Source of the DNA: Pocillopora damicornis
Taxonomy: Eukaryota
DNA: 64,000 nt
Direction of reading: 5' to 3'
Assembly: GCF_003704095.1 (NCBI RefSeq)
Contig: NW_020847344.1
Location: 186,001 to 250,000 of the forward strand
Shown: in pieces, positions 1-17,000 of the stretch
Layout: each line of letters opens with the position of its first letter
Numbering within the stretch: the stretch's first letter is position 1
Made by a program: the position numbers and the translations under genes
The notes under the pieces: generated by a model
Seen by the model: only the letters and a program-made list of their open reading frames with translations
Told to the model about the DNA's origin: nothing
The model's database searches: none

Positions 1-239
1 TTGAATTAATACCTCTACGTATTATTTTTGTTTATTTTTCAATAGCACTGGGCTCATATTTCTCAGCATATACAGTCAAGTTAACTGTACTTTTGAAACT
101 GTAGTTAAAAAATACAACTTAAATTGATCATTTGTTTTTGGAAAAATCATCTGCAAAGTGTTGACCTTACACGGGAGTTTGTTGTGTTCTTCTCTGTTCC
201 TAACAATTTTAAGTCACAACTAGATATTAAACAAATAAC

Positions 240-3454
<3,215 letters not shown>

Positions 3455-4811
3455 ATTCAAATCCCTGGAAGGAAATCCTGCGATGAATTGATGTAGTATT
3501 TCCACCGGTTTGACGTATTGGCGGGTGATCAATTCAATGGCGTACTGTCCTCAGGGAGGGGAGATAAAAGAGATGATTGTGAGGCGCAAGATGATTGGTC
3601 ATTTTTGGAAGCCGTGGAAAGCATGTGCTATAACTTTGAACATCATGACTAGAACCACGGACTCTAACCTGGACTATGGAGTGTACTTATAGTACGTTCT
3701 TTCACAATTATTGAGTTCCATTTGAACGAATATACATCATCTTAATATGACTATCGGGTGTAGGGACGCATGGGACTCGAATTAACGAACAAGTCTCAAG
3801 TGGGTACGTATGACATCAAGCGTCTTCTTTTCTTTAGAGCTGCACCAAGGACAGTGAACAGAAAGCACAGATAAATAAAAAAGGAAAAGGAGAAAAAAGG
3901 GAACTGATGGTATGGTAGCGCTCGTGCCACTGACAAGTGACCCTCACCTGTCGGTTGTTAACTGAAGAACCCTTTTGCGGGATACCTTGCGGGATGAATA
4001 TGGCGTGTCAGCCAGGGTGCATTAGAAAAAAAAAAGAAAATTTACAAATATGAATATTCCGAGATGACATCCTGAGCCAGTAAAGGACTTGTTATGGAGA
4101 ACACCGCCACCAGCCCAAATATTAGGGGTTTCTGGAAGAAAAAGCTGAAATTTACTCAATTAAGTAATAAAATATAAGCAGTCGTAGCCCAAAATTCTTA
4201 GCTTTATTGAATAACTTTTGGAAATATACTCAGTTCTTCCGGTTATATAAACTGACCATCTATTTAATCATTGTACGCAGTAATAGTCTAGTAAACCCTC
4301 TAAGAACTCAGAAAATATCTTAATCGTTATAAAATTATAGCTAAAAACAGAGATATCGATACATTACAAAACTGAGCATTCTTTTGCTAGAACCAAGAAA
4401 AATTTAACCATAATTTATTTTCCATTGTACATATTTTGGTATGCAATAATTCAATAACACTTCTTCATGACAGAGAAGATTCGATCGCTGATACCAAAAT
4501 AGTTAGCAATGTTACTTTTCAGAAAGACTTGTGGATAAAAAGTTTTCCCTTAGTTTATACAAAGCCATGTGCTTCTGATGGCTAAATGATACCTACATAT
4601 TTCCCAATATTTGCATCAGTTGTTGTAAGCTCATCTTATCATCGTCACCATGTATAACTTAGTATTTCCTTTTAACACTGTATATATATTCGTATTTCTC
4701 CATTGATAGATTTTTCCCCACTAATTTTTGAAAATGAAGAAGAACCTGCCGCATGCAAGAGTCTGGGCCATATCTATTCTCGATTCCATGTCAAAGTGTT
4801 GATGGCGCCAT

Positions 4812-7800
4812 TTACACCCAGGGAAAATTTCCTGTCCTTCCTGTGGCTCTTATACTTTCAAATACATCATCTCTTCCAATGATTCCACCGAAAATATAAG
4901 GCTAGAAATCAAAACAGCTTCCATCAGTAAAAAAATACTGGTATTAAAAAACAAAAGATGTTTTCAGTCTTCTTGAGATTAATTAGCAAATGTACGGTGC
5001 AGTTTTCCTTACGCTCTCTAATGTTATGAAACCTTGCCGCTTTGATAAAAGAATGAAGAACGTGAAAAAGCAGTCCCAACATAATCGACTCAGCTGAGGT
5101 AAATAGACGGTACACGTTGACGTAGCCAGGAGGGAAATTCTACTCCAAAGCATTTAGGCCAGTTTTGAATAAAATTTTTAAAGCTTAAAACTGATAAAAT
5201 TTAACAAGGCAAAGTTCTTCTTTATATCCACTTACTTTATCAAGACCTCTAACGTTAACTTCTAAGGCCATTCCTGTTCCAGGCATTATTGCTATTGGCT
5301 TTGCCTGAATAACAACAACAACATATTGAAGGTGACATGATATCATGATTGAGGGTAAACCATACACAGATGTGCATGTAAAAGGCCATACAGAGAAATA
5401 TCAGAAATTTATTGTAGTTACTTAGGCATTACATCGGCCGGTCAGCGACATTAACTGCGGTTAAACAGATACTGGTCTTNNNNNNNNNNNNNNNNNNNNN
5501 NNNNNNNNNNNNNNNNNNNNNNNNNNNNNNNNNNNNNNNNNNNNNNNNNNNNNNNNNNNNNNNNNNNNNNNNNNNNNNNNNNNNNNNNNNNNNNNNNNNN
5601 NNNNNNNNNNNNNNNNNNNACCATGGAGCCACGTGATCTACAAGCGAACACTTTCCTATATTTCACAGTCACCGGTTGATTAGTTAATTGGATGATTTGC
5701 TGATCAGTTAATTAATAATCAAAATTTGTTTCTTGCTCCACCTCCCACATACTTTACTTAAACTGATGATAGTATCCAGCTTAATAACGATATGCTTTCC
5801 ACTTGATGATCTGGTCTTCTCAAAGCATAAATAACTGTAACGAGAAAGGGTTTAGAAATACATCAGTAAATCTTGTATAATAATGATACAACAAGACATG
5901 GCAATCCACAAGCTTTTTTTTTTTTATTTGTTTACCTTTGAGTCAGAAACAATTTTCCATGTTTAACACTTGAGAACGGTTTGTCTTTATCAAGCAAAGC
6001 ACATCTTTTGCCTTCTTCCCAACCTAGAAAAACGCAGAAAGAAAAAAATTCATGAGCAATTGTCAAAAGAAATTCTCTGAACCGCAATTTTCGTAACTGG
6101 TGACTCCTATGTCGAAGTTCAGTCTAAGGCTTGAGCCCTTCATCTCATTTGTGCATGGCAGTACGTAGTTTACAACCACGTCCTCGTTAGTGGCGTTGAA
6201 GGACGCACGTTTCTCCACCTGCAGGGAGGTTTGACATACGCTGGGAAAAGGTTTGCCGGGGGTCTGGCACTCTGGGCTAAAATGGTGCCTGTATGAACTC
6301 CTGATCATGAGTTCGATTACCCCTACACCCCTTTGTATTCTTGATCGCACCACATGGTAGCGCGTTTTGTTTTTTAAGGACTGCTTTACAATCGTTGTTT
6401 ATAAAAAATTTTAAGACCAGTTTTAAGCTAATTGATAGCACAAAGCAAAAAACAAGATCCTCACCTGGCAAAACGATTTCACTTGATGGCAATCTAAATT
6501 TCTCGGCCACTGGATTTGAATGAGGACCTATTTGGTGGTGCGATGAACTGCTACTTGGCGATGACGAAGAAGTCGCCAACGTAGAGCGCCCTAAGATCTG
6601 AACAAGTTAGATCTATTATTTAAGGTGACATGTTAGGTGGATGCTTTTGCGACTTAACAACAGGAAAGCACCATTCTCCTTGGCTTCCAGANNNNNNNNN
6701 NNNNNNNNNNNNNNNNNNNNNNNNNNNNNNNNNNNNNNNNNNNNNNNNNNNNNNNNNNNNNNNNNNNNNNNNNNNNNNNNNNNNNNNNNNNNNNNNNNNN
6801 NNNNNNNNNNNNNNNNNNNNNNNNNNNNNNNNNNNNNNNNNNNNNNNNNNNNNNNNNNNNNNNNNNNNNNNNNNNNNNNNNNNNNNNNNNNNNNNNNNNN
6901 NNNNNNNNNNNNNNNNNNNNNNNNNNNNNNNNNNNNNNNNNNNNNNNNNNNNNNNNNNNNNNNNNNNNNNNNNNNNNNNNNNNNNNNNNNNNNNNNNNNN
7001 NNNNNNNNNNNNNNNNNNNNNNNNNNNNNNNNNNNNNNNNNNNNNNNNNNNNNNNNNNNNNNNNNNNNNNNNNNNNNNNNNNNNNNNNNNNNNNNNNNNN
7101 NNNNNNNNNNNNNNNNNNNNNNNNNNNNNNNNNNNNNNNNNNNNNNNNNNNNNNNNNNNNTAAAGGAAATGATCACCAAATAAAGAAGCTCTTGATTGTT
7201 ACACAAATTCTCCTAATATTTAGCACCTCAGGATATGTATGGAGAACAGTATGGAGAATATATGTATTGATGTAACTGTATAAAGGTTTAAGGTGAATAT
7301 ATGTATTGATGTAACTGCATAAAGGTTTAAGGTGAATATATGTATTGATGTAACTGTGTAAAGGTTTAAGGTGAATATGTGTATTGATGTAACTGTATAA
7401 AGGTTTAAGGTGAATATATGTATTGATGTAACTGTATAAAGGTTTAAGGTGAATATGTGTATTGATGTAACTGTATAAAGGTTTAAGGTGAATATGTGTA
7501 TTGATGTAACTGTATAAAGGTTTAAGGTGAATATATGTATTGATGTAACTGTATAAAGGTTTAAGGTGAATATGTGTATTGATGTAACTGTATAAAGGTT
7601 TAAGGTGAATATATGTATTGATGTAACTGTATAAAGGTTTAAGGTGGATATATGTATTGAGGTAACTGTATAAACTAAATGTTTGAACTGTATAAAGGTT
7701 TAAGGTATGTATATTGTCGATGATGAAACAACAAAAAGAGCAAAATGTTACCTTTGGAAAGCGATGATATATGGGATTCACTATAAACAGCTTTACTCCA

Positions 7801-10800
7801 AAAGACAACCCTAAAAAAATATCAATTTAGTCAATAGAAACAAATTCGTGAATTTACCACAAGTGAAAAGTACTAAATGCCTGCATTTCTTACTGTTGAC
7901 AAAACTGGCTGTGTTCAAGCCCTGGACAAGTCACGCAAGACAATTTATTCTCACAGTACCTATAAAAATAAGTCGTTTTGTTTGAGCTATCCTTAGCTAA
8001 ATTGTAGAAATTCCTTTCCAATGATTGGTCTATGTGATTACTTTGGTTTTGATTTTACAGCAAATCGAAAGAAAATCATTCTGAAAAAAGACCTGAGAAA
8101 GTATGCAGTTATGAAGGAACTTAAAGGTGTTAGCAAAATTTACGAAACAGCTTGTTACCTAACAACATGAACAAAGTAGGTCCCCTGAGCCCTAAAGACG
8201 CCACAAATGCAATATTGAGTACTGTGAAGAGCTTCCTTGTTGCCACAGGATGTTGCCAAGTTAATAAGCTACAAAAAAATTAATACTGCACATCTCACTG
8301 CTGGTTCTCAGTCAATTTTTCTGCTATTTGAAAATGAGGCCTGTATCAAGCAAGTTTTGATGAGCCCAACAAATTTGGGTTATTTGCAACTGAGCTTAAA
8401 AGTCATGCAGTCATCAAAGATTGGCGATAACAAAGTTATATATGAAATGGACTCTCAAATCACTACATGTAGCAACAACACTTAACTCACTTCTTTACTT
8501 TTTCCAGAGAGTTTGCCATTTTTCCGAGTGTATTCTAAGAGAGACAAATAAATTTATCAATCTTTTAACTTAATGTAATGTTCAACTCTGTGTCAGAGCT
8601 GACTGGTTGAAGGTGAAAGGCATGATGGGAAAAGACAGGGGGGTGAAGGTGAAGAGGTAGAACCTTTTAAAATTAGAAAATGCTGATTGGAGGAAAACAA
8701 GAGTGAAACTAACCACATACAGAACTGAGCCCATTTCACAACAGCCAATCAGAACAAAGTGAGCATCAGAAGGGGCTCATGGGTAGAAAACTCTGAGGTG
8801 GCTTACAAGGAAGAAAAGTCATAGTAACCAAGCAACAACTGTTTAGTTTTTGATGCCAGATTACTTGATCAATCATTGCACTTATTGTGAATGAAATGAT
8901 TATAATCCTGGATTGCCTTTGACTCTCAATTTTAAATTGTTATAAAATGTTCGCCAATTTCCATACAGTTAATATTTTTTAGGTGAACTTGCATTCACTT
9001 CATGACAAGGGTAGACTTCTTGAATTAATTACCCTCCTCTGCCTCATTCACCACCTCAGTGTTTAAAATTCACTGACATAAAGCCAATAAGTTTAGAGTT
9101 CCAACTTCAACAGAATCTGTCACTTCATTAGCATATAAAAGTAAACTCTCAAAGCAAAAAATGTGAGGAGATACAGTTATGAAAAGTCAGTAGCCATCAG
9201 TGCAACCATTGTAAAACTCACTTGTACTTTCCTTGCCACTTGCAAAACCAGCTGAAATTTGTCTGACCAACTGTGATCTTCTGATGCACCTGCCTGACAA
9301 TTAATCAAGTTCATAAAAAAAAAATGAGATTCAGCCCAATAACTTGGCTTTTAAACCACCTTGCTCTTCCTCCACCAGAATATTTTGTTTGCTAAATTAA
9401 TATTTAAGGTGGTTGTCAGTAGTTAAATTCAACTGAGCACTAAAAGCAAAAATAGTCACTAACTCTAAATTAAGAGAAACTTTGGCCAGCTATTCTTATA
9501 TTTCTGCATTTAACCTCAGTCAATTACTTCACAAAATCACCCACAGCTCTTTTGCATTTTACACTGAAATTTAGACCTAACCACTGTCAGCTACTGTATA
9601 TCACAATCCCATTAAAAATATACCTCTTCTTTTAATTCATCTGTGAATCCCAAATTTCTGGCAATGCCTCTGAAAATATAACCATTGACAGGTCAGTACA
9701 ATAAAATTGGTGGAAAGACAGCAAAGATTGCAAAACATCATATCCAATTCATCACACAATTTTATGGGAAGTTGGTAAAAATAAAACTGACTTCATCACA
9801 ATGTATATGTAATACTTAAGTACAAAGTAAATACTGATACAGAAAATGTACTTTGTAAGTGAAACTCACTTGGCATGGAGATAATTCATAAATAGCTTCC
9901 AGATCATGGTGAAAAGGATTAAAGAAAGAAGATATCCGTACCAAACAGAATACATGTATACCTGTAACATGAAACAAAACAAAACTTCTCAAACATATAA
10001 TATCATGTACAGAATTTCGTGCATAGCTTGTTCAAGACATTAGATGGAATCAAAAACTATACTTACCACAAATATCAAAAAAGATGCTGTAGGATTTGAC
10101 CATGTGAGCACCTTCCCAACAGACTTGATAAAACCTGTTATAGGTTTAATTCCAGTACCTTTGCGGAAAAAAATATATTTCAAGTAATTTTCCTGCCTTC
10201 ATGTAACTTTCAAGGGAATATACTAGATAGCTGGTCATTTCTGGAGAGAATTGTTTAATAAATATTAACAAATGAATTCTTTGCATTTAAAGGGTTAAAT
10301 CAAAAGTATAACAAACACTCTTAATAAATAGTGGATACTTACTGAATCTATTGATGTTTTCCTTGAGTCTAGAAAAGAAAAAAAACTTGGAGAGTCAGGG
10401 ATAATGTGGGTCACACAAAAAATGTTCCCTAATCGATCATCAATTCTGCAACAGCACTCTAAACAAGATTGACTCTTTTAACCATAACATCAGTATGCAA
10501 GTTCTCCTTACTGTTCTCTATAAACATAACATCAGTATACAAGTTCTCCTTACTGTTCTCTATACTTTTCCTATGGTACTTACAAGGAGAATTTGTCTAT
10601 CAATTAAAAGTTCCTAGAGTTTGCAATCATTTCCTTTAATCTCATGACCTTAATGTGTTACTCAGGGGTGATACTGTTCAGAGAAATTAGATACTAGTCA
10701 CTCTTATGTATGGGGTATGGACTTAATAACAACCAATTAACTCATATCTATGGGCAACTTACGTTTTGATGGCCAAGGGATCACCCTCACCATCCTCCTC

Positions 10801-13566
10801 ATCGGTGTCTTCAGGTTCATCATTAACGAAATCCCACAGTCTGTCTCCCAACTAATTATCAGAAAAAATAGTGAGAGTAAATTGAATGTTTAGGGGAATT
10901 GTAACTTGATCCCCTTCATAAGAAGAAAAGATGTCAGTCCATCACAGAGAGGGCCTAAAGCAATTGCTTTAGAATTCTGTTTGTACCCTGGGCAGAGAGA
11001 GGTACTGTAAGGGGGCAATGTCTTGCTCAGAAAAACATGGTGAGTCTGACAGGGCTTGAAACTGGTCACTAAATAATTATAAGCCACTGCAACTTCCACA
11101 AACACAAACTAGTGAAATTAGAAAGAAAGAATAAGGGCTGCAGAGAAAGTTAAGAAGATAACAAAGTATGGGTCATCAGCAGTGTGAAGGAAAGAAGATG
11201 CATTAAGTATGCCTCACCCACTATCAAGGCTGATGTAAAAATACATGACAAAATTATAATACACTTTCAACTCACAATGTCAATGACTTTTGCTTTCCAC
11301 ATTTCCAGTTTTGTCTTAAATCGTTGCACTTTTTGACCATCTCCATCAACTTTAAAAAAGGAGAGATGATTTATGAAATGTGTAAGTCACTTGAAATCTA
11401 TGATTTTATACAATATAAAGTTTTGGCACACACTCACACAATTAAAAATACCCTTCAAAAGCATGAGTGATTCTTTATTCATATTTATGAATATGTGTAA
11501 GTCACTTGAAATCTAAGATTTTATACAATATAAAGTTTTGGCACACACTCACACAATTAAAAAAAACTCTTCAAAAGCATTGAGTGATTCTTCTGGCATG
11601 AGCTTGGTCTCCTTACCAGATTCAACAGCTGCTTGTTCCTCTAACTGATCTCTTGCATGGCTGCTGTCAAGCACTTCACATGATTCCTGATTTTCTTCTG
11701 GGTGAGTTCCTTGACTGCCATTTGTGACATGTGATAGGGTATGTGACTCATTCTCTCCTCCTAGATACACCCAGTCATCACCTTGGTCTCTTTCTGGGTC
11801 AGTTCCCTGATGACCACTTTTTGATCTGGGATCTATTCTACTTGCATTTTTCCTTACAATTGAAATTTGTTGTTACAATTAAAACAATAAAATATTATGC
11901 TACAGTAACTCTCAACTTTGCTTTTCTACATATATAGCTTTTCTCAGATATCTCATGAACCTAAAGAGATGAGCAGAGAAAAGCAGGTTCAAGTTATATA
12001 TGATGCACTTTTCAATCAATTAACTTCAAAATGTTTTGTCAGTCAATAAAAAACTTTTTTTGCTTATATTGCAGTTATGCTACACATCTCTTCTAAAGGA
12101 AATAAAAATACCTTTTAAAAAAAATGTAAATTTGATTTAGCTGTATATTAACGACTCTTTCAAAAATAATTCCACACATTGGCAGACTGATAATGAATTA
12201 AGGATTTTAACACAAGTTGCATGATCATTTCCAAACATAAATAAACATTAAAGAAATACCTTGAAATTGCTCCATAATTATTAAATTATAAAGCTCTCAT
12301 AAAGGCTTAGTTCCCTAAATTGAAAACAGATGACATCCCAAAATTTCTATCACTCTATACTTGTATCTTGAGGAGCACTGTTTCATCATGAACTTCTTGG
12401 ATACCAGGAACTAAGATTATTCCTGTCTCTTGTGTAAGTTTAATATGCATCAAATGAACTTCCAAATATCTTACCTATGTAGTTTTGAACTGGATGATTT
12501 CTGTTTCTGTTTAAGTTTCTCCCTTAGTTCATTATTTTTAGCTCTTTCTTCTTGGATTTCCTTCTGAAGTTTCTGAACATCCACAGCTTTTAGTTTCTCC
12601 AGTTGCACACCTTATATTAAACAAAGAGCGGCATTAACTTTTCAATTGACCGTATTTATACAGTATGCGATTATTTAAGTCAATAAAGCTTCAAAAAGTT
12701 GTTATAGTCAATGCCTCATAATGAAACCATCAGAATTTCATGGGATGCTGATGGACAGATTTTGTATTAAAATACCAACCAAAAATGTCACAATTCAAAA
12801 AATGTTTGTTATGATAACAATTGTTCCACATCAAGAAGCAAATCTCTTTTTGTAAGTGGAAAGTGATGAGCGTAAGGAACTTATGGAAATTATTGATCAT
12901 AGCTACCATATTATCCTCAATAAAAGAGACTGAAAAATTGGACCAAGAAATCCCACGCCTTGGTTGTTCAAAGGGTGCATAATAGCTTCTGTGGCTACAA
13001 ACCCCCTTGTTAACTATGCGACACCTCCCCCCCCNNNNNNNNNNNNNNNNNNNNNNNNAGATTTCTAACGTTTAAGTGATCTATCAACCTCAATCCGTGA
13101 TCTTTCACTTACTCATGTCCTGATAATCAATCATGGTGTTAACAAGCTGTTCTTGAAGTTGAGCCAGCTGGGTTTCGTAAATCTCTCTTTCGGAGCTTGA
13201 AAATTCCCCTCTATTCGGAGTAACCTTTTGATCGCAATTCCCCTTCCCTCCATGAATCTCGTGTAACGTAGGTTTCGCCGAGCCATCTTCTTCATTCAGG
13301 CTTTCCTTATCGGAGCTGCTACTGTGGGTGGATTCGAGAAACTCGTGGCTGAAATCTGTGGTTAGTACTTCACCATGCGTACTGCAACCAACTGTTTCTG
13401 CGACAAGTGCATTTAAATTTTCATGATCACCATTCGTATTTTTAGCATCTTCGTGACCTCCATCGCGGTGAAAGAAGGAGTGCGATCTTCCATGAGAAGT
13501 TTTTCCTCGATTTTCATTCTTAGTTGAATCAGTGGCTTGCTTTCCACGGAACGCAGAACGAAGCAT
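4812..13566 (-). CDS. GRAMD4: GRAM domain-containing protein 4 homolog (coiled coil, hydrophobic/TM region, C-terminal GRAM domain)
   Basis: Exons (approx.) 13113-13566, 12475-12610, 11617-11852, 11276-11349, 10763-10851, 10343-10368, 10067-10158, 9871-9962, 9624-9670, 9222-9293, 8491-8534, 8159-8267, 7752-7810, one exon partly in the gap ending ~6671, 6465-6590, 5936-6023, 5753-5834, 5235-5303, 4812-4901. Peptides MLRSAFRG, YETQLAQLQEQLV, LKENINRF..GIKPITGF, SDKFQLVLQVARKVQNTLGKMANSLEKVKNLLTW, YLCFEKTRSSSGKHIVIKLDTI, MPGTGMALEV, PYIFGGIIGRDDVFESI match the vertebrate GRAMD4 pattern as recalled. Confidence 0.9.
7161..7292 (-). mobile_element. Short dispersed repeat (MITE-like family 1), partial copy
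   Basis: aaggaaatgatcacca...aaattctcc...agaacagtatggagaata matches the copies at 10469-10725 and 54936-55145. Confidence 0.7.
7257..7672. repeat. 39-bp minisatellite, ~10.5 copies, in a GRAMD4 intron
   Basis: Unit aatatatgtattgatgtaactgtataaaggtttaaggtg; it produces the spurious (YSYINTYIHLKPL)n ORF. Confidence 0.95.
10469..10725 (+). mobile_element. MITE-like family 1 copy with an internal ~42-bp tandem duplication
   Basis: Reverse-complement similarity to 54936-55145; cataacatcagtat.caagttctccttactgttctctata occurs twice. Confidence 0.7.
11369..11592. repeat. Intronic direct tandem duplication of ~110 bp
   Basis: atgtgtaagtcacttgaaatcta..gattttatacaatataaagttttggcacacactcacacaattaaaaa...cttcaaaagcat.gagtgattct occurs twice. 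Confidence 0.9.
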
Positions 13567-14066
13567 ATTTCCAGATATCTCACCTCTTTCACAATACGTC
13601 ACCTGTTTGTTTTGTTCCAAATTAAGATCCTCTCTTGCTTGTGCTCGATTCCCTGTCAGGGCGGGGGGAGCTCTGATAAAGAGATTTCATCGATTCCATC
13701 TCTGTAGTAAAAGTTTTACCGTGTTCACGTTGATTTTTTTATCCAGCTTTCTTCAAGTTAATTAAAATGATTTTTCATTTAAATAAGTTTTGAGAAATCT
13801 TGTGGCTCAATTGTGGAAAAAAAAAAAGATAAAGAAAAAAGAAAATCCCCCCCCCCTGAACATTACCCTCCGTGCCCTTGATTAAAAAAAGAGTAATCCC
13901 ACAATACAGTGGGATCATGTTAGACCGCCATGTTTGTAATCTACGAGTACAAGCTGTGTAAACATCTGGCCGGGCCGCGGGCTTTTCCAACAGTTTCCAG
14001 GCACAAAAGGAATTGTAACACCTGAGTTATTTAAGTGGAAATGCCTCATGTTCTCTCAGCGAAGAA
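13567..14066. promoter_or_regulatory. Putative bidirectional promoter/5'UTRs of GRAMD4 and CERK
   Basis: Divergent ATGs 500 bp apart; locally CpG/GC-enriched (ggccgggccgcggg, ccgccatg). Confidence 0.55.
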
Positions 14067-17000
14067 ATGAACGAAATAAGCGAGTCTGAACGCGGATTGA
14101 AGGCCGTTTTTAAGGTACAAGGGAAGCTGTATGATGTCTATCTTGATGAAAATGAAATCGTGTGGACCTTACAAGGCGAGTTGAGTTCAGGTATTTACTA
14201 AGCATGCCAAAAGCATTGGCTTATATCGGAAGCGTCGTTCGTCTATTTTTGAGACTTTTTTGCAAGTAAAATCGTTCTCCGATTGAACTTAAAAGCTTTG
14301 GTGAACCGTTTGACATCAATTGATTCCATGAGGACATGTCAACACCAAGTTAATGTTCGACCCAGTTTCATAAATTAAATGTATATATCACTTTCCTTAT
14401 ATGTTTTTATACGTTCTAGTAATCGTTAAACTAATCGGCTCTGTATTTATCTCGATCGTGTATACCTCAAGCTAAATTTTAAGTATGCAATTGAGTGAAG
14501 CGTAACAATGACAGAACAAAGTGGCAGAAACTGAAACAGCAGTTTCACGTCGAAAGTAAATGTTTAGATAGAAAACATCTCATGAAAGAGAAAGTTTTCT
14601 AGCCTTATGCAATTAAACACCTTTTAATTGTGTGAGATACCTATAAAGTTAGGAAGTCGTTTCACATGTACAGTTTATGTAATGAAAATTGCACGAGTGT
14701 TTTTTGCATTAATTCCTTACATGAATATGATCATTTTAAGTATTGCTCTTATACGAGCCTTTTTACGGTTCTGCTCATCTGAAAGGCTTGAAAGTTGCTT
14801 CCATCTGTTTTAAGATATGAGTGGTTGGTCTTCTATATCATGTTGCCTTTATGCACCTTAGATAACGAAAGTATAGTAATGGTGAATTTTTCTCCTCATT
14901 TTTTTCCTTCACCAAAGACACTGAATAGTAATATTATTATAACATGGCTGAACTGAATTTTTTTATTTTTCCCAACATAAAAGGAATTTGCAGTCAGCCC
15001 AGGAAAAAATTTCCACAAGAAATTGAAATGTAACTGCAGCAAACAAGTAAAGTATTCTCACTGATGGCTGTTTGGAAATGTTGCTTAAGTGAGGATGCTT
15101 CTTGGAGGAGAGGGGACTCAAAATATATTTCAACAAGGGTGCTTTCCCTCAAGATCCAAAATCTGATACATTGACAAGCCCTCAAGGCAAACTTTTACAT
15201 ATGTGTATGTGTGCAAATTAATCTTAATATTTAACATATTATAAATTTTGCATAAGAAATTGAATATTTTTTATATTGACATGAACTCTTGTTGATGTAA
15301 ACAGCCTCCAGCACACGCAATTACAACCTTTCCACAAGATCTGTGAAACTGTTAGATATCATTGGTGCATGGATAGCAAAACGACGCATACCCAGGAATG
15401 AAAGCAAGGATGGTGAACTTGTTGGATTTACTATTTTTACCTTCCAAAAAGCTGGAAACAGGAAGCTGTGTGAAGCAAGGATAACATTTGAGAGTGAGGA
15501 CCAAAATGTCTGTGACATGTGGGTTGTTAAGATTAACGACACTTTAAAGAGTAAGTTTTAACATGGTTAATTAGGTAGGGTTTCTTTTAGTTTAGCTCTG
15601 TAAAGGGAATGCTGAAAAAAACTTAGGGGCAGGGCTGAGAAAAGGAGCTACAAAAAAGAAGAATTTTCATGAACCTTATACCTATAGACAGCTTTAAGTA
15701 GAATGTTTAAAAATTGTAGTTGATCAAAAATAAGGAATAATTTATGAAACAAATTAGTCACTAGGACATTAGATGACAGCATCTAATTCTCAGAATTAGT
15801 TACAGATAACTCATGATGGCTAAGCCAATTAAAACTCGTGAGTTGCATTATTCATTGATCCAATTTAATAAAGATAAGTATGCTACAGACATAACAAAGT
15901 CTCTGACTTAGCATAGTCTGTGACCAAAAATGTTTCCAGTCTTCTCCACCTTACTTGTAATTCACAATTTGCCAAGGGCTTATAACGATATTAAACAACT
16001 CTTTGTAGTATTGCTATATCTTGGATTTTTAATTTAAATTTTTTATTTTTATACGTACTATCACAAATGTATAGTACAAATTTGTAGAGGCTAACTACAA
16101 TACACGTCTTCAAGAATTCGTACAATTCTGTGATCTTCCACGCAAAATTTCAGACAACATTTATAAATCATGGTTTCTTTTTTTTCTTTTTTTTTTTCTT
16201 TTTTTTTTCCTGTTTAGGTATTCCTAGCAGACCTCGTAAGCTGAAAGTAGTAATAAATCCTAGAAGTAAAAAAGGTGAAGCAAGGCTTGTGTACTTAAAA
16301 AAGGTTGCACCTTTATTTGAGAAGGCTGGCATCAGGGCAGATCTCATGAGTAAGTTATTTGTAGTAGTTGCTCATAATTATAGTGCAAATTCGAAAAAGT
16401 GTGTTACTAGTTGCATGTGTTTTGTCCACGTGTATTGTATGTGACAGTTATAATAAACCCCGCCAAATTGTGTGTAAATTGATAATTAAAAACACCTTAA
16501 TTTATTAGTCACATATAACAAAGTATGTATTACTAACAATTTAACACTTTACTTTCTAAAACATATATCAATTTTTTCTTTTTTTATTCAAGTGCTGAAT
16601 TTAAAAAGAAAAGCAAAGTTAGTTAGGCATGTAGTTTAATGGTTAAGACAATATCTGTTGTGTTTAACAAGTTCACCAAGGTAGGTCCAAGCCTGGATAT
16701 GTAGGGTTTGGTAATATAAATATTAATACCAAAGCTATCAAATTATTAAATTAAATGTGTGTTGAATGTAAAGATCCTGGTGCCCAAATGTGGCAAAACC
16801 ACAGATACCATTCTGACATAAACAAAGAGTTTACTTACTTACTCACTTACTCTCTCACTTTCTGACTGACTGACTGGCTGACTGATTGACTCACTGACTG
16901 ATTGACTTACTGACTGACTGACTGATTAACTGACTGACAGTCATTTACAGTACAATTTGTAATTGTTTACCATGAGATAAGCAAATAGATTCAGATGCAT

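Noticed and set aside
4071-4084. 14-mer cctgagccagtaaa shared with AASS exon 4 (~1392-1405)
   Set aside because: Similarity does not extend; compatible with chance.
6063-6353. 96-aa minus-strand ORF in a GC-richer patch
   Set aside because: Lies within a GRAMD4 intron whose flanking exons join in frame without it; no recognisable motif.
7173-7808. 211-aa ORF with (YSYINTYIHLKPL)n repeats
   Set aside because: Read-through of a short GRAMD4 exon into the intronic 39-bp minisatellite. Not a protein, and not CRISPR since there are no unique spacers.
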